64,000 bases of DNA from Candidatus Shapirobacteria bacterium (GCA_043817235.1 JBDRHA010000007.1:73212-137211); one strand, 5' to 3'. Shown: positions 26,907 through 36,537, counted from the first letter of the stretch. Numbers and translations are program-made. Notes: generated from the letters alone by a model not told the origin.

Positions 26907-27515
26907 ATGGCAAAATTACTCTTAACATCTACGGGGCTTGCAAACCAAAATATCACGGATCAGTTTTTACAAATAATAGATAAGCCGGGTTCTCAAATCA
27001 AAATTATATTTGTTCCCGCCGCCGCAAGAAACGAAGAAGAATTAAAATATATTGCCGAATCAAAAAAAGAACTTCTTGACTTAGGCATTTTTGAAGATAA
27101 CATTAAAACTTTGAATTTAGATAATCATGTTTTATTTAAAGAAGTCGAAAATTTTGATGTTATTTATGTATGCGGTGGAAATACTTTTTATCTGCTGAAA
27201 AAAGTTAGAGAAGTTGGCTTTGATAAGGTAATTATTGAATTTACAAAAACTGATAAACTTTACTTTGGAGTTAGTGCGGGAAGTATTTTAGTTTGCCCAA
27301 ATATTGATATTGCAAGTCCCTTTGACGAGAATGATATCAATTTAACTGATTTAACTGGATTAAATTTAACTGATGTGATTGTTTCCCCTCATTATAAAGA
27401 TGAAGAGAAGATGGTTATTGATAATTTCAAGAAAAAGTCACAGTATAAAGTTGTGCCTTTAACTGATGAGCAGGCATTGTTAGTTGTCGACGGGGAAACA
27501 AAAACAGTAGAATAG
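26907..27515 (+). CDS. Cassette 6: peptidase E (S51) / class I glutamine amidotransferase-like protein
   Basis: LLLTS.G, IYVCGGNTFYL, GVSAGS nucleophile elbow, SPHY. Confidence 0.88.
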   Translation: MAKLLLTSTGLANQNITDQFLQIIDKPGSQIKIIFVPAAARNEEELKYIAESKKELLDLGIFEDNIKTLNLDNHVLFKEVENFDVIYVCGGNTFYLLKKVREVGFDKVIIEFTKTDKLYFGVSAGSILVCPNIDIASPFDENDINLTDLTGLNLTDVIVSPHYKDEEKMVIDNFKKKSQYKVVPLTDEQALLVVDGETKTVE

Positions 27516-27552
27516 CGCGCGTATTTGGAATTCAAGGGGATGCTGCGTTTTC

Positions 27553-27604
27553 GCATAACATAGTATATGCGGCTACGAACATCGCATATACCGAAGCGTT
27601 ATCG
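27553..27604 (+). other. attC-like site 6 (short, 52 bp)
   Basis: GCATAAC-ATA-GTATATGCG-GCTACGAACAT-CGCATATAC-CGAAGC-GTTATCG. Confidence 0.82.
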
Positions 27605-27698
27605 GAAATATTTTTTGTGATAAAATAAATCAAATTAATGCGAGGCGAGGTGCTTAAGTGATTGGTTCAGCCGGAGAGAGATAAAAAGTAAATTTATA

Positions 27699-28676
27699 AT
27701 GGGTGATTATAAAAAAATGAAGAAGGTTTTAATTTGTGGTGCCGGGGGTTTTATTGGCTCGCATCTTGCCAAGCTTCTAAAGAAAGAGGGCTGCTGGGTG
27801 CGGGGAGTGGATATTAAAAAGCCGGAATATAGCAAGAGTGCAGCGGATGAGTTTCTTCTTCTTGATCTTCGGGAAAGAAAAAATTGCCAAAAAGCATTAA
27901 CAAAAAGAGGTGGTTTTGACGAGGTCTATCAGTTAGCGGCTGATCGAGGGGGAGTAGGGTATATGATTCCCGGAGAGTGCGATATGATGGAAAATAATGC
28001 CTTAATGAATATTTATATGATTTCGGAGGCGGTTAAATTGAAAAAAAAGCCTAAATATTTCTTTTCCTCGTCCGTTTGTGTTTATAAAGATATGAAAATT
28101 GGGACGCCAATGATCTTGGAAAAAGATGTTTATCCTGCCTATCCTGACAATGAATATGGCTGGGAAAAACTATATACGGAGAGAATGCTTACTGTTTTTG
28201 GCAAGCGCTACAAAATGCCCATTAGGATCGCTCGATTTCATACTACTTATGGCCCGGAAGCTAATTGGGAGGGGGGACGAGAAAAGGCGGCGGATGCTTT
28301 ATGCCGGAAAGCGGCTTTGGCCAAAGATGGCGACTATTTGGAAGTTTGGGGGGATGGCAAAACGATCAGAGTTTTTACTTATATTGATGACCTACTTTTC
28401 GGAATTCGCGCTTTGATGAAGTCTTCTATCCCTGAGCCAACAAATGTTGGCAGTGATGAATATGTTACTGTTAATCAGTTGGCTAAAACAGTCATTGAAG
28501 CTTCCGGCAAGAACCTAAAGATTAAAAATATTAAAGGGCCGATTGGTGTGCAAAGCAGAAATTTTAGCAATAAACAGATTTATTCTACGGGTTGGCGGCC
28601 AAAAGTATCTTTAAAAGAGGGCATTGCGATTCACTACCAATGGGTCAAAGGAGAGGTAGAGAAAAAATATAAGTAA
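27699..28676 (+). CDS. NAD-dependent epimerase, GDP-mannose 3,5-epimerase-like
   Basis: GAGGFIG, YQLAAD.GG, SSVCVY, YGWEK, GGREKA..ALCRK, WGDG. Confidence 0.85.
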   Translation: MGDYKKMKKVLICGAGGFIGSHLAKLLKKEGCWVRGVDIKKPEYSKSAADEFLLLDLRERKNCQKALTKRGGFDEVYQLAADRGGVGYMIPGECDMMENNALMNIYMISEAVKLKKKPKYFFSSSVCVYKDMKIGTPMILEKDVYPAYPDNEYGWEKLYTERMLTVFGKRYKMPIRIARFHTTYGPEANWEGGREKAADALCRKAALAKDGDYLEVWGDGKTIRVFTYIDDLLFGIRALMKSSIPEPTNVGSDEYVTVNQLAKTVIEASGKNLKIKNIKGPIGVQSRNFSNKQIYSTGWRPKVSLKEGIAIHYQWVKGEVEKKYK

Positions 28677-28687
28677 TTAATGTTTAA

Positions 28688-30157
28688 TTAATTACGAAAA
28701 CAGATTTTATCTACGTCCAGAATGCCGTCTCCTACAGCCTCAAGACAAAAGGTGTGGGCTATGTCCGAAAAGTTGTAGTGTCTGATTACCTGCCACTGCA
28801 TAGTTGTTGAATAGTTGCTTATAGTATCAATTAATTTTCCGTCCAAGTAAACTTCAGACGTGCCTCGATTTTTGAAAGTGATAGTGTACCAATCAACAGA
28901 TGATCCAGTAAAGGGAAGGCAGGCTTTGGACCCGGCTGTATTGGTAAACCGCCAACTGCCTCCGCTGGCCTGATCCAGAGTACCCAACAGCCAGTTGCCG
29001 CTAAAATCTACTTGTTCAGCCGTATTTTCGTAACAAACTTCGGCACTGACATCGTCGGTCGGAGTGGGTGTTGCGGTTGGTATGGAAGTAGGCGTAGGTG
29101 TAACAATTACAGAATCAGCTAGGCAAAATTTGTCTACATCAACATAGCCATTTCCAACCACTTCCACACAAAAAATATGGCTGGCTTGGCTAAAAGAATA
29201 ATGCTTGAGCACCTGCCACTGCATGGCCGGCGAATAATTATTAACTGTGTCTATAAGCTGACTGTCAAGATAAACTTTGGCTGTACCCCGGTTTTTGTAA
29301 GCGACGGTGTACCAGTCAAGCCAAGAGCCGCTGAAATTCACACAAGACCGGTTTCCGGTTTGGTTGGTAAAACGCCAACTGCCGTTACTGGCATTTTCGT
29401 GTGTTCCTGTAAACCAATTGCCGTCCCAAGTAATTTGAACATCATTGTCTTCATAGCAGGAGGCTGTATTGGGATTGGGAGTAGGAGTAGGTGTCAGGCA
29501 ATCCAAACAATTGTTTACTATTTTGACTGTTGCCTCAAAGCTCAGGGCAATTCTTTTATATCCGGAAGCATTGGGGTGTAAAGCATCGCCAAACAGGATC
29601 GGGTTGCCGCCTTTAGCGTAATCGCCGGCGTCCAAAAGCAGTCCGGCCCAGGGATTTTGGGTGTAGTAATCTTCGCGCGCGATATTTAACCGCAGTTCAT
29701 CCACTAGAGGTTTCATGCACAGCGTGTCGCATTTTGGATCGCCCAAATTGGGAGTAACAGCGCTGAGGATTACTTTTGCGCCATACGCTTTAGCTTTATT
29801 AACAATATTCTGGATTTCTTGGCGCACGGCCGCTGGTTTTTGATTTTTACGCATATCATTAACGCCAAGCATGATGATAACAATATCCGGTTTATCTTGA
29901 GCCAGCCAAGCATCTGTGTTAGCTAGGACTTGGTCAGCTGTCCACCCTGATTGACCGCGATTAATTACTTTGTAGCTGGAGCCAAGTAATGACTGGAGTT
30001 GGCTGGGGTAAGATTTATTGGCTGGCGCTCCAGCACCGTAAGTAATGCTATCGCCTAAGCAGGCAATAACAGTTTGATTGATAGCCAAAACAGGTGTTTT
30101 TTGCCAAAATAAAAATACCAGCAAGCCCAATGTAATATGTTTTAAGAATTTAATCAT
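28688..30157 (-). CDS. Secreted SGNH/GDSL hydrolase with Thr/Pro linkers and two repeated beta-rich modules
   Basis: Signal peptide; GDSIT, NRGQSG, GVND, DALHP blocks; two copies of CYE...W...ASxGSWRFTN...WYT...KNRGT..VYLD...DVDK. Confidence 0.85.
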   Translation of the reverse strand: MIKFLKHITLGLLVFLFWQKTPVLAINQTVIACLGDSITYGAGAPANKSYPSQLQSLLGSSYKVINRGQSGWTADQVLANTDAWLAQDKPDIVIIMLGVNDMRKNQKPAAVRQEIQNIVNKAKAYGAKVILSAVTPNLGDPKCDTLCMKPLVDELRLNIAREDYYTQNPWAGLLLDAGDYAKGGNPILFGDALHPNASGYKRIALSFEATVKIVNNCLDCLTPTPTPNPNTASCYEDNDVQITWDGNWFTGTHENASNGSWRFTNQTGNRSCVNFSGSWLDWYTVAYKNRGTAKVYLDSQLIDTVNNYSPAMQWQVLKHYSFSQASHIFCVEVVGNGYVDVDKFCLADSVIVTPTPTSIPTATPTPTDDVSAEVCYENTAEQVDFSGNWLLGTLDQASGGSWRFTNTAGSKACLPFTGSSVDWYTITFKNRGTSEVYLDGKLIDTISNYSTTMQWQVIRHYNFSDIAHTFCLEAVGDGILDVDKICFRN

Positions 30158-30257
30158 AACTTATAGAGATTTTATCAAGATCTGGATAATTTGTCTATAA
30201 ATAGAAATTATTGCCAAGTTCTTTAGATTTGTATTTTCTTGGTATAATTAATTACAC

Positions 30258-30335
30258 CGGAGCGTAGCGCAGTTGGATTAACGCGCCCCGATCGGGTCGG
30301 GGAGATCGCGGGTTCGAGTCCCGCCGCTCCGACCA
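30258..30335 (+). tRNA. tRNA-Pro (anticodon CGG)
   Basis: CGGAGCG/CGCTCCG acceptor stem, CCCCG-AT CGG GT-CGGGG anticodon arm, GTTCGAGTC T-loop, encoded CCA; TGGTATAAT just upstream. Confidence 0.93.
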
Positions 30336-32025
30336 TACAGGACAAAGCCCTTGTCCATAAAGTCTTTGAAGGGTTGATTTAGCTGATATGAAGCCACTTT
30401 CTTATCTTTCAGAGTAAAGTTCAAGAAGATTTTGGAGATAATCTCATCCTTACCTTGCATAGGCTTTGTTTTCCTCAAGACATCGGGCAATTGTTTGAAA
30501 AGTTCGACAAACTCAGAATACTTGTAAATAAAGGTCTCGTTAGCTTTGAGAGCCTGTTTAATCTTAGTAATTTTATCTTCAATATCTTTTAATTCCTTGT
30601 CCTTGGCCATAAGGTCTTTCTTAAAGATAGTCCTAAACTCCGATTCTTTCTCCTCTCCTCAAGTATTATGTTTTTAATATCTTTAATTCTTTTGTCAACG
30701 CCTCTTTTTTGCGCCTGTAGAGAGCGCAAGAGACTATCTAACTCCTTTTTCTTTTCTCTACCAACCTTCTTCATTTCTTTGACATAATGGTCGTAAATAT
30801 CCTTTGAAGCGAAATTGAATTTATCCAAAAAGTCATAAACAAAATCTAAAACAACTCTAGCCCTGACATTATGCTTAACCTTCCTGCCTGATTTTTGCTT
30901 GATTGGCTTGCACCCTTCCATGTCACATCTGTAAAAGTAATACCACTTTTTGTCATCTTTAGTTTTCTTTGAGGTTAAGCCTGAGCTCATGGGTTGGCCA
31001 CAATGTCCACAAATAACTTTACCCCTGAGAAAATCTGCTTTTGTAGCACCTAATCTTGTCCCCCTAATCTTTGACTTAAAGACTTTGGTTATGTCACTTA
31101 ATTTGTTGACACTTAAAAACTCTTCAACAGTAACTATCGGAACATAGTCGTAGACCTCAACAAGGTTAGCGACATGCTTGCCTTGGCCATACTGCATAAC
31201 ACCAGCATAGAAAGTATCCTTGAACATCTCTGATAGCCTTTTAACATTCATTTCAAATGGCTTGTGTGTAATCTTGCCTATACCATAAGCTCTGTGATAA
31301 TTCTGGTCTGTTAAATACTCTGAAATCTCGGCAAGAGTCTTGTTTTCAAGGCGCATTAACCAAGCCTTCTTGATTAAATGGAAGTTATTACCATCTGGTC
31401 TTAGTAGTTGGTTTCTGTCTCGATAGTACCCATGCTTGGCGGTAGTAAGCCACTTACCTTCTTCAATACTTCTTCTAATGCCTCTAGTGACAACATCGCT
31501 AAGCTGGTCTGAGTATTGTTTAGAAAGGACAAAAGCAATCCCTAGCAACATCTTGCCAGAGGCATTGTTATCAAAAGTAAAATTGACAAATTGAAGGTCT
31601 TTGATAATTCCCTTATCAAGTAGGTCGATAATTTCGCCAGCATCTCGCATGTTGCGACTAAGACGGTCTGGGTGCCAACAAATAACACCATCAAACTTAC
31701 CACCATTAAGGTCATCAATCATTTTTCTGAACCGAGGTCTTATGTTTGGTTCTTTGGCGCTTTCGCTTTCTCTAATTGGCCTGCCGACTACGGTTAGGTT
31801 CCGATTCTCAGCCATCTGTTCACAATCGGCTATCTGGTCTCCAAGGCTCCGAATCTGCCTTTCCTCACTTTCAGTGCTTTTTCTGGCATAGATAACATAA
31901 CGGAATTGAGTAGGGTCTTTAACCTCGCTCTCACCTCTAATGCTTTTAAGAAGATTGGCAAGGTCTGCTGGTGTATGAGCAGGTTTATCATTCATGTTCG
32001 TAATTCTCTTAATTCTCATGCTCAA
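30278..32025 (-). mobile_element. Large serine recombinase, frameshifted near 30650, whose C-terminus runs antisense into tRNA-Pro
   Basis: YARKSTE (catalytic Ser), ESESAK, RP.F, DRLSRN, YAG, zinc ribbon CGHC...YYFYRC...C; ORF 30278-30610 continues the coiled coil. Confidence 0.85.
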
Positions 32026-32313
32026 AAAAACAAAAGAGCTTAGTATCAGTATAACTCAAAAACTACTTGATGAACAAAGCCAACAACGCTAACCGATAGT
32101 AATCCTATAATGGTTGACTAAAATGATGTTATTTGATATATTACTAGGGTAAATTGGCCTTACTCAGTAAAGCTTAATTGTTCTTTAACATATCCCTATA
32201 GCAGAGAGAATTGTGTGTATTGACAGCCCACTAAATGCTGTGGAGCAACAGTCTATACTCACTGACTCTTTGTTATTTTTCGGTTCAATCCAAAACCACA
32301 CAGGAGGTGTGAA

Positions 32314-32562
32314 ATGGAAGGTCAAGTAATGCTTGATGCCGTGTCTGTCACTGTTGGAGTTGTTACTCTTGTGTTGATTCTGGCCCATATGTTCACCAAG
32401 AACAAAAACAATACCCTCGCGACGATGAAGGTGGTTTTTATGGTGGTAATGGCCATTCTCAACGTACTCGATGCAGACATTTTCTTCACAGTCCTCTGGA
32501 CAATTCTGGCTTGTCTCAATATCGTGTTGATTGCCATACGCATCAACACCAAAAGCCAGTAG
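32314..32562 (+). CDS. Small membrane protein (82 aa)
   Basis: AGGAGGTG RBS; about three hydrophobic helices. Confidence 0.6.
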   Translation: MEGQVMLDAVSVTVGVVTLVLILAHMFTKNKNNTLATMKVVFMVVMAILNVLDADIFFTVLWTILACLNIVLIAIRINTKSQ

Positions 32563-32955
32563 GCCGAACAGTAACACAAAGGAGCAAGGAGTAGGTTCAC
32601 ACCTACACGATACACTTAACTGTATATCGTCATCACTTGCTCCATTTTTCATACAAAAAATTAGAAAATAAAGAATTGAAGAAAAGTGTCATAATATGCG
32701 GGTAGAAAATTGACACAGACTCTTGCTTCAAAAGAGTACCTCTAAGAGTTCTTAACCTTAAATACAGCAAAACTAAAAGAGTTAGACAGGATTTAGCAAA
32801 ATTGACCCTCTCAAAGCACATCCCAACATATGAAAATGCCTCATATGATGAGGGAAATTCAAAGACAGTTAACGTGGTTCAACTACATAAAAATCTAAAC
32901 CCTGGCATACCCCCATACTATGGTTCGATGACTTTTAGGCTAATACAAAAGAAGG

Positions 32956-33312
32956 CTATTTTTTGATTACTTTGAGCTTGGGTGAAACATACTCAACTTG
33001 TTCTTCAACAACAATCTGCACATACTCATCACCAGATTCTCTAATAACTTTGATTTTTGATTTAGGTGGCTTATCAACTCTAGACATATTAATACCACTC
33101 AAGCTTTTTTGTACCTGAGACAAAGTAACCTTGGTTCCATCTGGAAGCAAAACTTCATAATCAGACATATTGGGTGGCACATCAGGAGCTACAATCTTGG
33201 GTGTTTTAGGCTCTGAAACGCTCCCAGAAGGCTTCTGAGCTGGTTTGGCAGTCTCTGGCTTTATCTCATCCACTAAGTCGGTTAAGTTGTCTTTTTTGAC
33301 TTTCTGGTTCAT
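32956..33312 (-). CDS. Hypothetical protein (118 aa)
   Basis: ATG preceded by TATACT at 6 nt; low-complexity Pro/Lys N-terminus. Confidence 0.5.
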   Translation of the reverse strand: MNQKVKKDNLTDLVDEIKPETAKPAQKPSGSVSEPKTPKIVAPDVPPNMSDYEVLLPDGTKVTLSQVQKSLSGINMSRVDKPPKSKIKVIRESGDEYVQIVVEEQVEYVSPKLKVIKK

Positions 33313-33540
33313 ATATCAAGTATAGCTTTTGGGAGTTCAAAATCAAAGCACAACCTGATTGTAAAAAGGCTTAACTGGTATTCTCTGGATATGCTGATAG
33401 GTAGCCTTTAATCTCTGGTTGTATTTGGTTAACTCATCTAGTTGATTTATAATACTGTCATAAAGTTCAAGATAAGTTTCTGAACGTCGACACAAAGTCG
33501 CGTGTTTTTTACTGTTTTGACCAGTCTAAACACTAAGAAA

Positions 33541-35727
33541 ATGGACAACGAATCAACACCTATTTCTCCCAGGGAAACTGAAAAACAGTCACGGTTCAAA
33601 TTTGCTCTTAGGAGCTTGCGAAGAAGCTCAGCAAGAGATATTGGAATTTATGATACTGTATCTAATTTAAGAGATATAAAAGAAAATATAGATCGTTTAA
33701 CAAAAGAGGAGCGGGAGGCGGCCAGAATAGCACTTAAAAAAATTCTTATTATTCTGCCGCCATGGCGGAGAGGTGCGAATTTTGTTGTTCAAAACCTTGA
33801 AAATGTAGCTTATACTCCAGAGGAACAAACGAACTTGGTCCAACTAAGACAAGAAGCGCTAGCAAGGCAGGCCCAAGTCGAGCAAGAAATAGCAGAAGGG
33901 GCTTCCCCTTGGTTGGCTAGGGTGAAACATAATGAACAAAATGCCCAAAATCCAGTTGCGGTTGGGTTTTACCAAATGCCAGATGGTCAAATAAGAACTA
34001 TTTTTGGCCGGCGATATTTTCAGTCTAAAAGACAAATAGAAACCAAGGACTTGTTTTTTGGCGGACGGAGTGAGGGCAAGGAAGTAGGCCTGCTTTCTAC
34101 AAAATTTCAAGCTGTAGTTGAGCAAGAACTTATAAAAAGTAAACTTTTTGATTTATTGCCCGAGGATTTAAGAGAACGATTCGGGAGAGGAGAAATTTTA
34201 ATAACTGGGAAACAAGACCTCTACGATTTAAGCGAAACTGAAATTGAAAGTTTAGCTGCAAGCACAGACATTGATGCTCTTGCTAAACATATTGAAAAGA
34301 AAATTGCCAGTGCCGGAAAAGAGGGACAATATTACCTGCTTTTTCAAAATGAATATCTCGATGATGAAACTGGTCGGACTGGAGTTTTGATGATTATTAA
34401 AAACGGAAAGGCAGAACCCGTGATCATTATAGTGGGAGATAAACAGTTTGTGGTTGAGATAAAGGGTTGTGGGAAAAAGGGTGGTGGATTTGGCCGAATG
34501 CACCACCGCACCGGAAGAGATATTATTACTGGTGGTGCAGAAAGAGAACAAGCGATAAATGAATTTGACCGACTATCTGAGATGACAGACGAAGATGCGC
34601 CAAAAGCTGTTGCGAGTATTCTTTTTGATAATCACGGCTATCAGCAGGGATATATATTGAGACTAACGCCTTCAACCGTTAGGGCTTCCTACTCAGGTAA
34701 CGAGGTTTATCCTGCCATAGATAGCCATGAACAAGTTTCTAGAGTATTAGATATTTATGCACAGGAATTGGCTCGACAGGTTTTCGCATCAAATCCGAAA
34801 ATTTTAGATCGTTCATCACACTCGGAAAATATTTTACTTTGGGGAGACGGAAAGCATACTTTTACTGATTTTTCCGATCATGTTGCGTTTTCTGATAATC
34901 ACTTTCCTCACGAAGAAAGCCATGGGGGCTATATGACACCACGGCAAATGCTTGAATATTATGTAAAAATGGTAGAGGAAATTCCCGGGTACAATGCTGA
35001 AAGAGATAAAAAGGTATTCCTCGAAGCATTGGGAAAAGCATTTGCCGCAGAAGGCTGCGATGTTTCTCTTGATGAAGCAGAGGGATATGTCGATATAACA
35101 AAAAGATTGTGGGAGGGCGGAATAGCTTATCAAGTTTTCTCTGCAAAGCGAACGAACAATTATAGAGCAGATGGTGTTGTGGAGGAGTTTAGAGAATCTG
35201 TTACTACCGATGAATATCATCAAAGAGAATTGTCTTTAGCGTCTGAACAAGCATTTGTTGAAAAATACGAAAATGGATTTCAAAAAATGCTCACAGCGCT
35301 TGATATTCTTCAAAGAGTTAGTGCTCCTGAAGTAGCAGATATTCGTGGATTGGCAGAAAATAGAGACTTGTCGGGATTGTTAAAAAATCTTGATAGGCTT
35401 TTTACCATGCTTGGCGAGAGCAAAGAAAATCTCAGTAAAAGCGAAAGAAGCAGCATATATCAAGCAATATTTTATTTTTCTGGTTTAGAATATACTTTGG
35501 CAAGAACAGTGAGGCGATATTTAGAGCATGAGCATGATGTTGTCTCTTCTGCACGAAATTCCGCTCCAGCAAGTGATAAAATAGCCTTAGCCAAAGCAAG
35601 AAACGAAATTGATGGCAAGAAGCAAGAACTTGAGACAATTTTAAACAATCCAAACGAATTGTTCGATAAGTTCACTGATATAAGTTGGGTTCAGAGATTT
35701 ATATCATTAAGTTTTTATCAAAACTGA
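33541..35727 (+). CDS. Large protein with a divergent SelO-like / protein-kinase-like core
   Basis: Ordered motifs GRTGVL, EIKGCG, GGAEREQAINEF, KAVASI, LRLTPSTVR, HSENILL, FTDFS. Confidence 0.5.
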   Translation: MDNESTPISPRETEKQSRFKFALRSLRRSSARDIGIYDTVSNLRDIKENIDRLTKEEREAARIALKKILIILPPWRRGANFVVQNLENVAYTPEEQTNLVQLRQEALARQAQVEQEIAEGASPWLARVKHNEQNAQNPVAVGFYQMPDGQIRTIFGRRYFQSKRQIETKDLFFGGRSEGKEVGLLSTKFQAVVEQELIKSKLFDLLPEDLRERFGRGEILITGKQDLYDLSETEIESLAASTDIDALAKHIEKKIASAGKEGQYYLLFQNEYLDDETGRTGVLMIIKNGKAEPVIIIVGDKQFVVEIKGCGKKGGGFGRMHHRTGRDIITGGAEREQAINEFDRLSEMTDEDAPKAVASILFDNHGYQQGYILRLTPSTVRASYSGNEVYPAIDSHEQVSRVLDIYAQELARQVFASNPKILDRSSHSENILLWGDGKHTFTDFSDHVAFSDNHFPHEESHGGYMTPRQMLEYYVKMVEEIPGYNAERDKKVFLEALGKAFAAEGCDVSLDEAEGYVDITKRLWEGGIAYQVFSAKRTNNYRADGVVEEFRESVTTDEYHQRELSLASEQAFVEKYENGFQKMLTALDILQRVSAPEVADIRGLAENRDLSGLLKNLDRLFTMLGESKENLSKSERSSIYQAIFYFSGLEYTLARTVRRYLEHEHDVVSSARNSAPASDKIALAKARNEIDGKKQELETILNNPNELFDKFTDISWVQRFISLSFYQN

Positions 35728-35770
35728 TTACTCTAAAAAAACTACTAGATGAAAAAGGAGGTGATTAATT

Positions 35771-36235
35771 ATGATTAACCCAGAAGGTAAAGAACGCCAA
35801 GCTTCAGAATTTGATAATATTTTATCTGGGATTGATAGAAAAAAAGAATTAATAGATAAAGAATTTCAAGAAAGAAGGAAAGCGGCTGATTCTTTAGTTA
35901 GAGTTATGGATGATATCCTTCCAAAAGAAGGATCGTCAGCCATGATGGGCCCATTCAAATTTATTCCGGCTACACTCTTGAAGGAGGGTGTGACGATTGA
36001 AAGATGCACTGGTCTTTATCCTCCCATAGGCGAGAGAGTACTTAATTATGAGGTTCGTTTGGCAACAGGGCGATCAAATAGAGAGGTTTTCATTGTATCT
36101 AGAGTTAATGAAGAGACAACCGTGCCTTTAATTCTTGATGTTGGGCAGGATCAATATGGGCGACCCATGGATAAATTTAGAATCGCTTCAGTAGAAGAGA
36201 CAGAGGGAGTTAGAGAAATAGTCAGTAAGCTGTGA
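35771..36235 (+). CDS. Hypothetical protein
   Basis: AGGAGGTG RBS; 154 aa; no recognised motif. Confidence 0.65.
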   Translation: MINPEGKERQASEFDNILSGIDRKKELIDKEFQERRKAADSLVRVMDDILPKEGSSAMMGPFKFIPATLLKEGVTIERCTGLYPPIGERVLNYEVRLATGRSNREVFIVSRVNEETTVPLILDVGQDQYGRPMDKFRIASVEETEGVREIVSKL

Positions 36236-36537
36236 AGGGCCGACTTTTTGAGAGTATTCGCCAAGCTGTTTCCCAGATTCCTCAAGGCAAAGTGGCAACA
36301 TATGGGCAAGTGGCTCGGTCGGTGGGAACGAAAGATGCGCGAAAAGTTGGCTGGGCAGTTTACGGCAACAAAGACCCGGAAATTCCCTGCCACCGGGTAG
36401 TAAAAAAAGGCGGCTATTTAGCGGAAAACTTTTCCGCTGGCGGGTGGAAAGAGCAAAAAAGAAGATTAAAAAAAGAAGGGGTAAAATTTAAAAAAAATAA
36501 TCAAGTTAATTTAGATCTTTGCTCTTGGGAAATTTAA
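36232..36537 (+). CDS. MGMT-family (O6-alkylguanine DNA-binding domain) protein
   Basis: IPQGKVATYGQVA, ARKVG, PCHRVV, LKKEG. Confidence 0.9.
   Translation: MKGRLFESIRQAVSQIPQGKVATYGQVARSVGTKDARKVGWAVYGNKDPEIPCHRVVKKGGYLAENFSAGGWKEQKRRLKKEGVKFKKNNQVNLDLCSWEI

Noticed and set aside
20950-27604. CRISPR array or diversity-generating retroelement
   Set aside because: Repeats are divergent hairpins separated by whole genes; no cas gene, reverse transcriptase or TR/VR pair was seen.
27605-28690. Epimerase gene as a seventh cassette
   Set aside because: It follows the last GTT, but no AAC...GTT hairpin or terminal repeat follows it, and it converges on the SGNH gene after 11 bp.
32026-36235. Prophage or attR copy of the tRNA-Pro 3' end
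   Set aside because: No structural or replication phage genes, and no direct repeat of the tRNA end found by eye.
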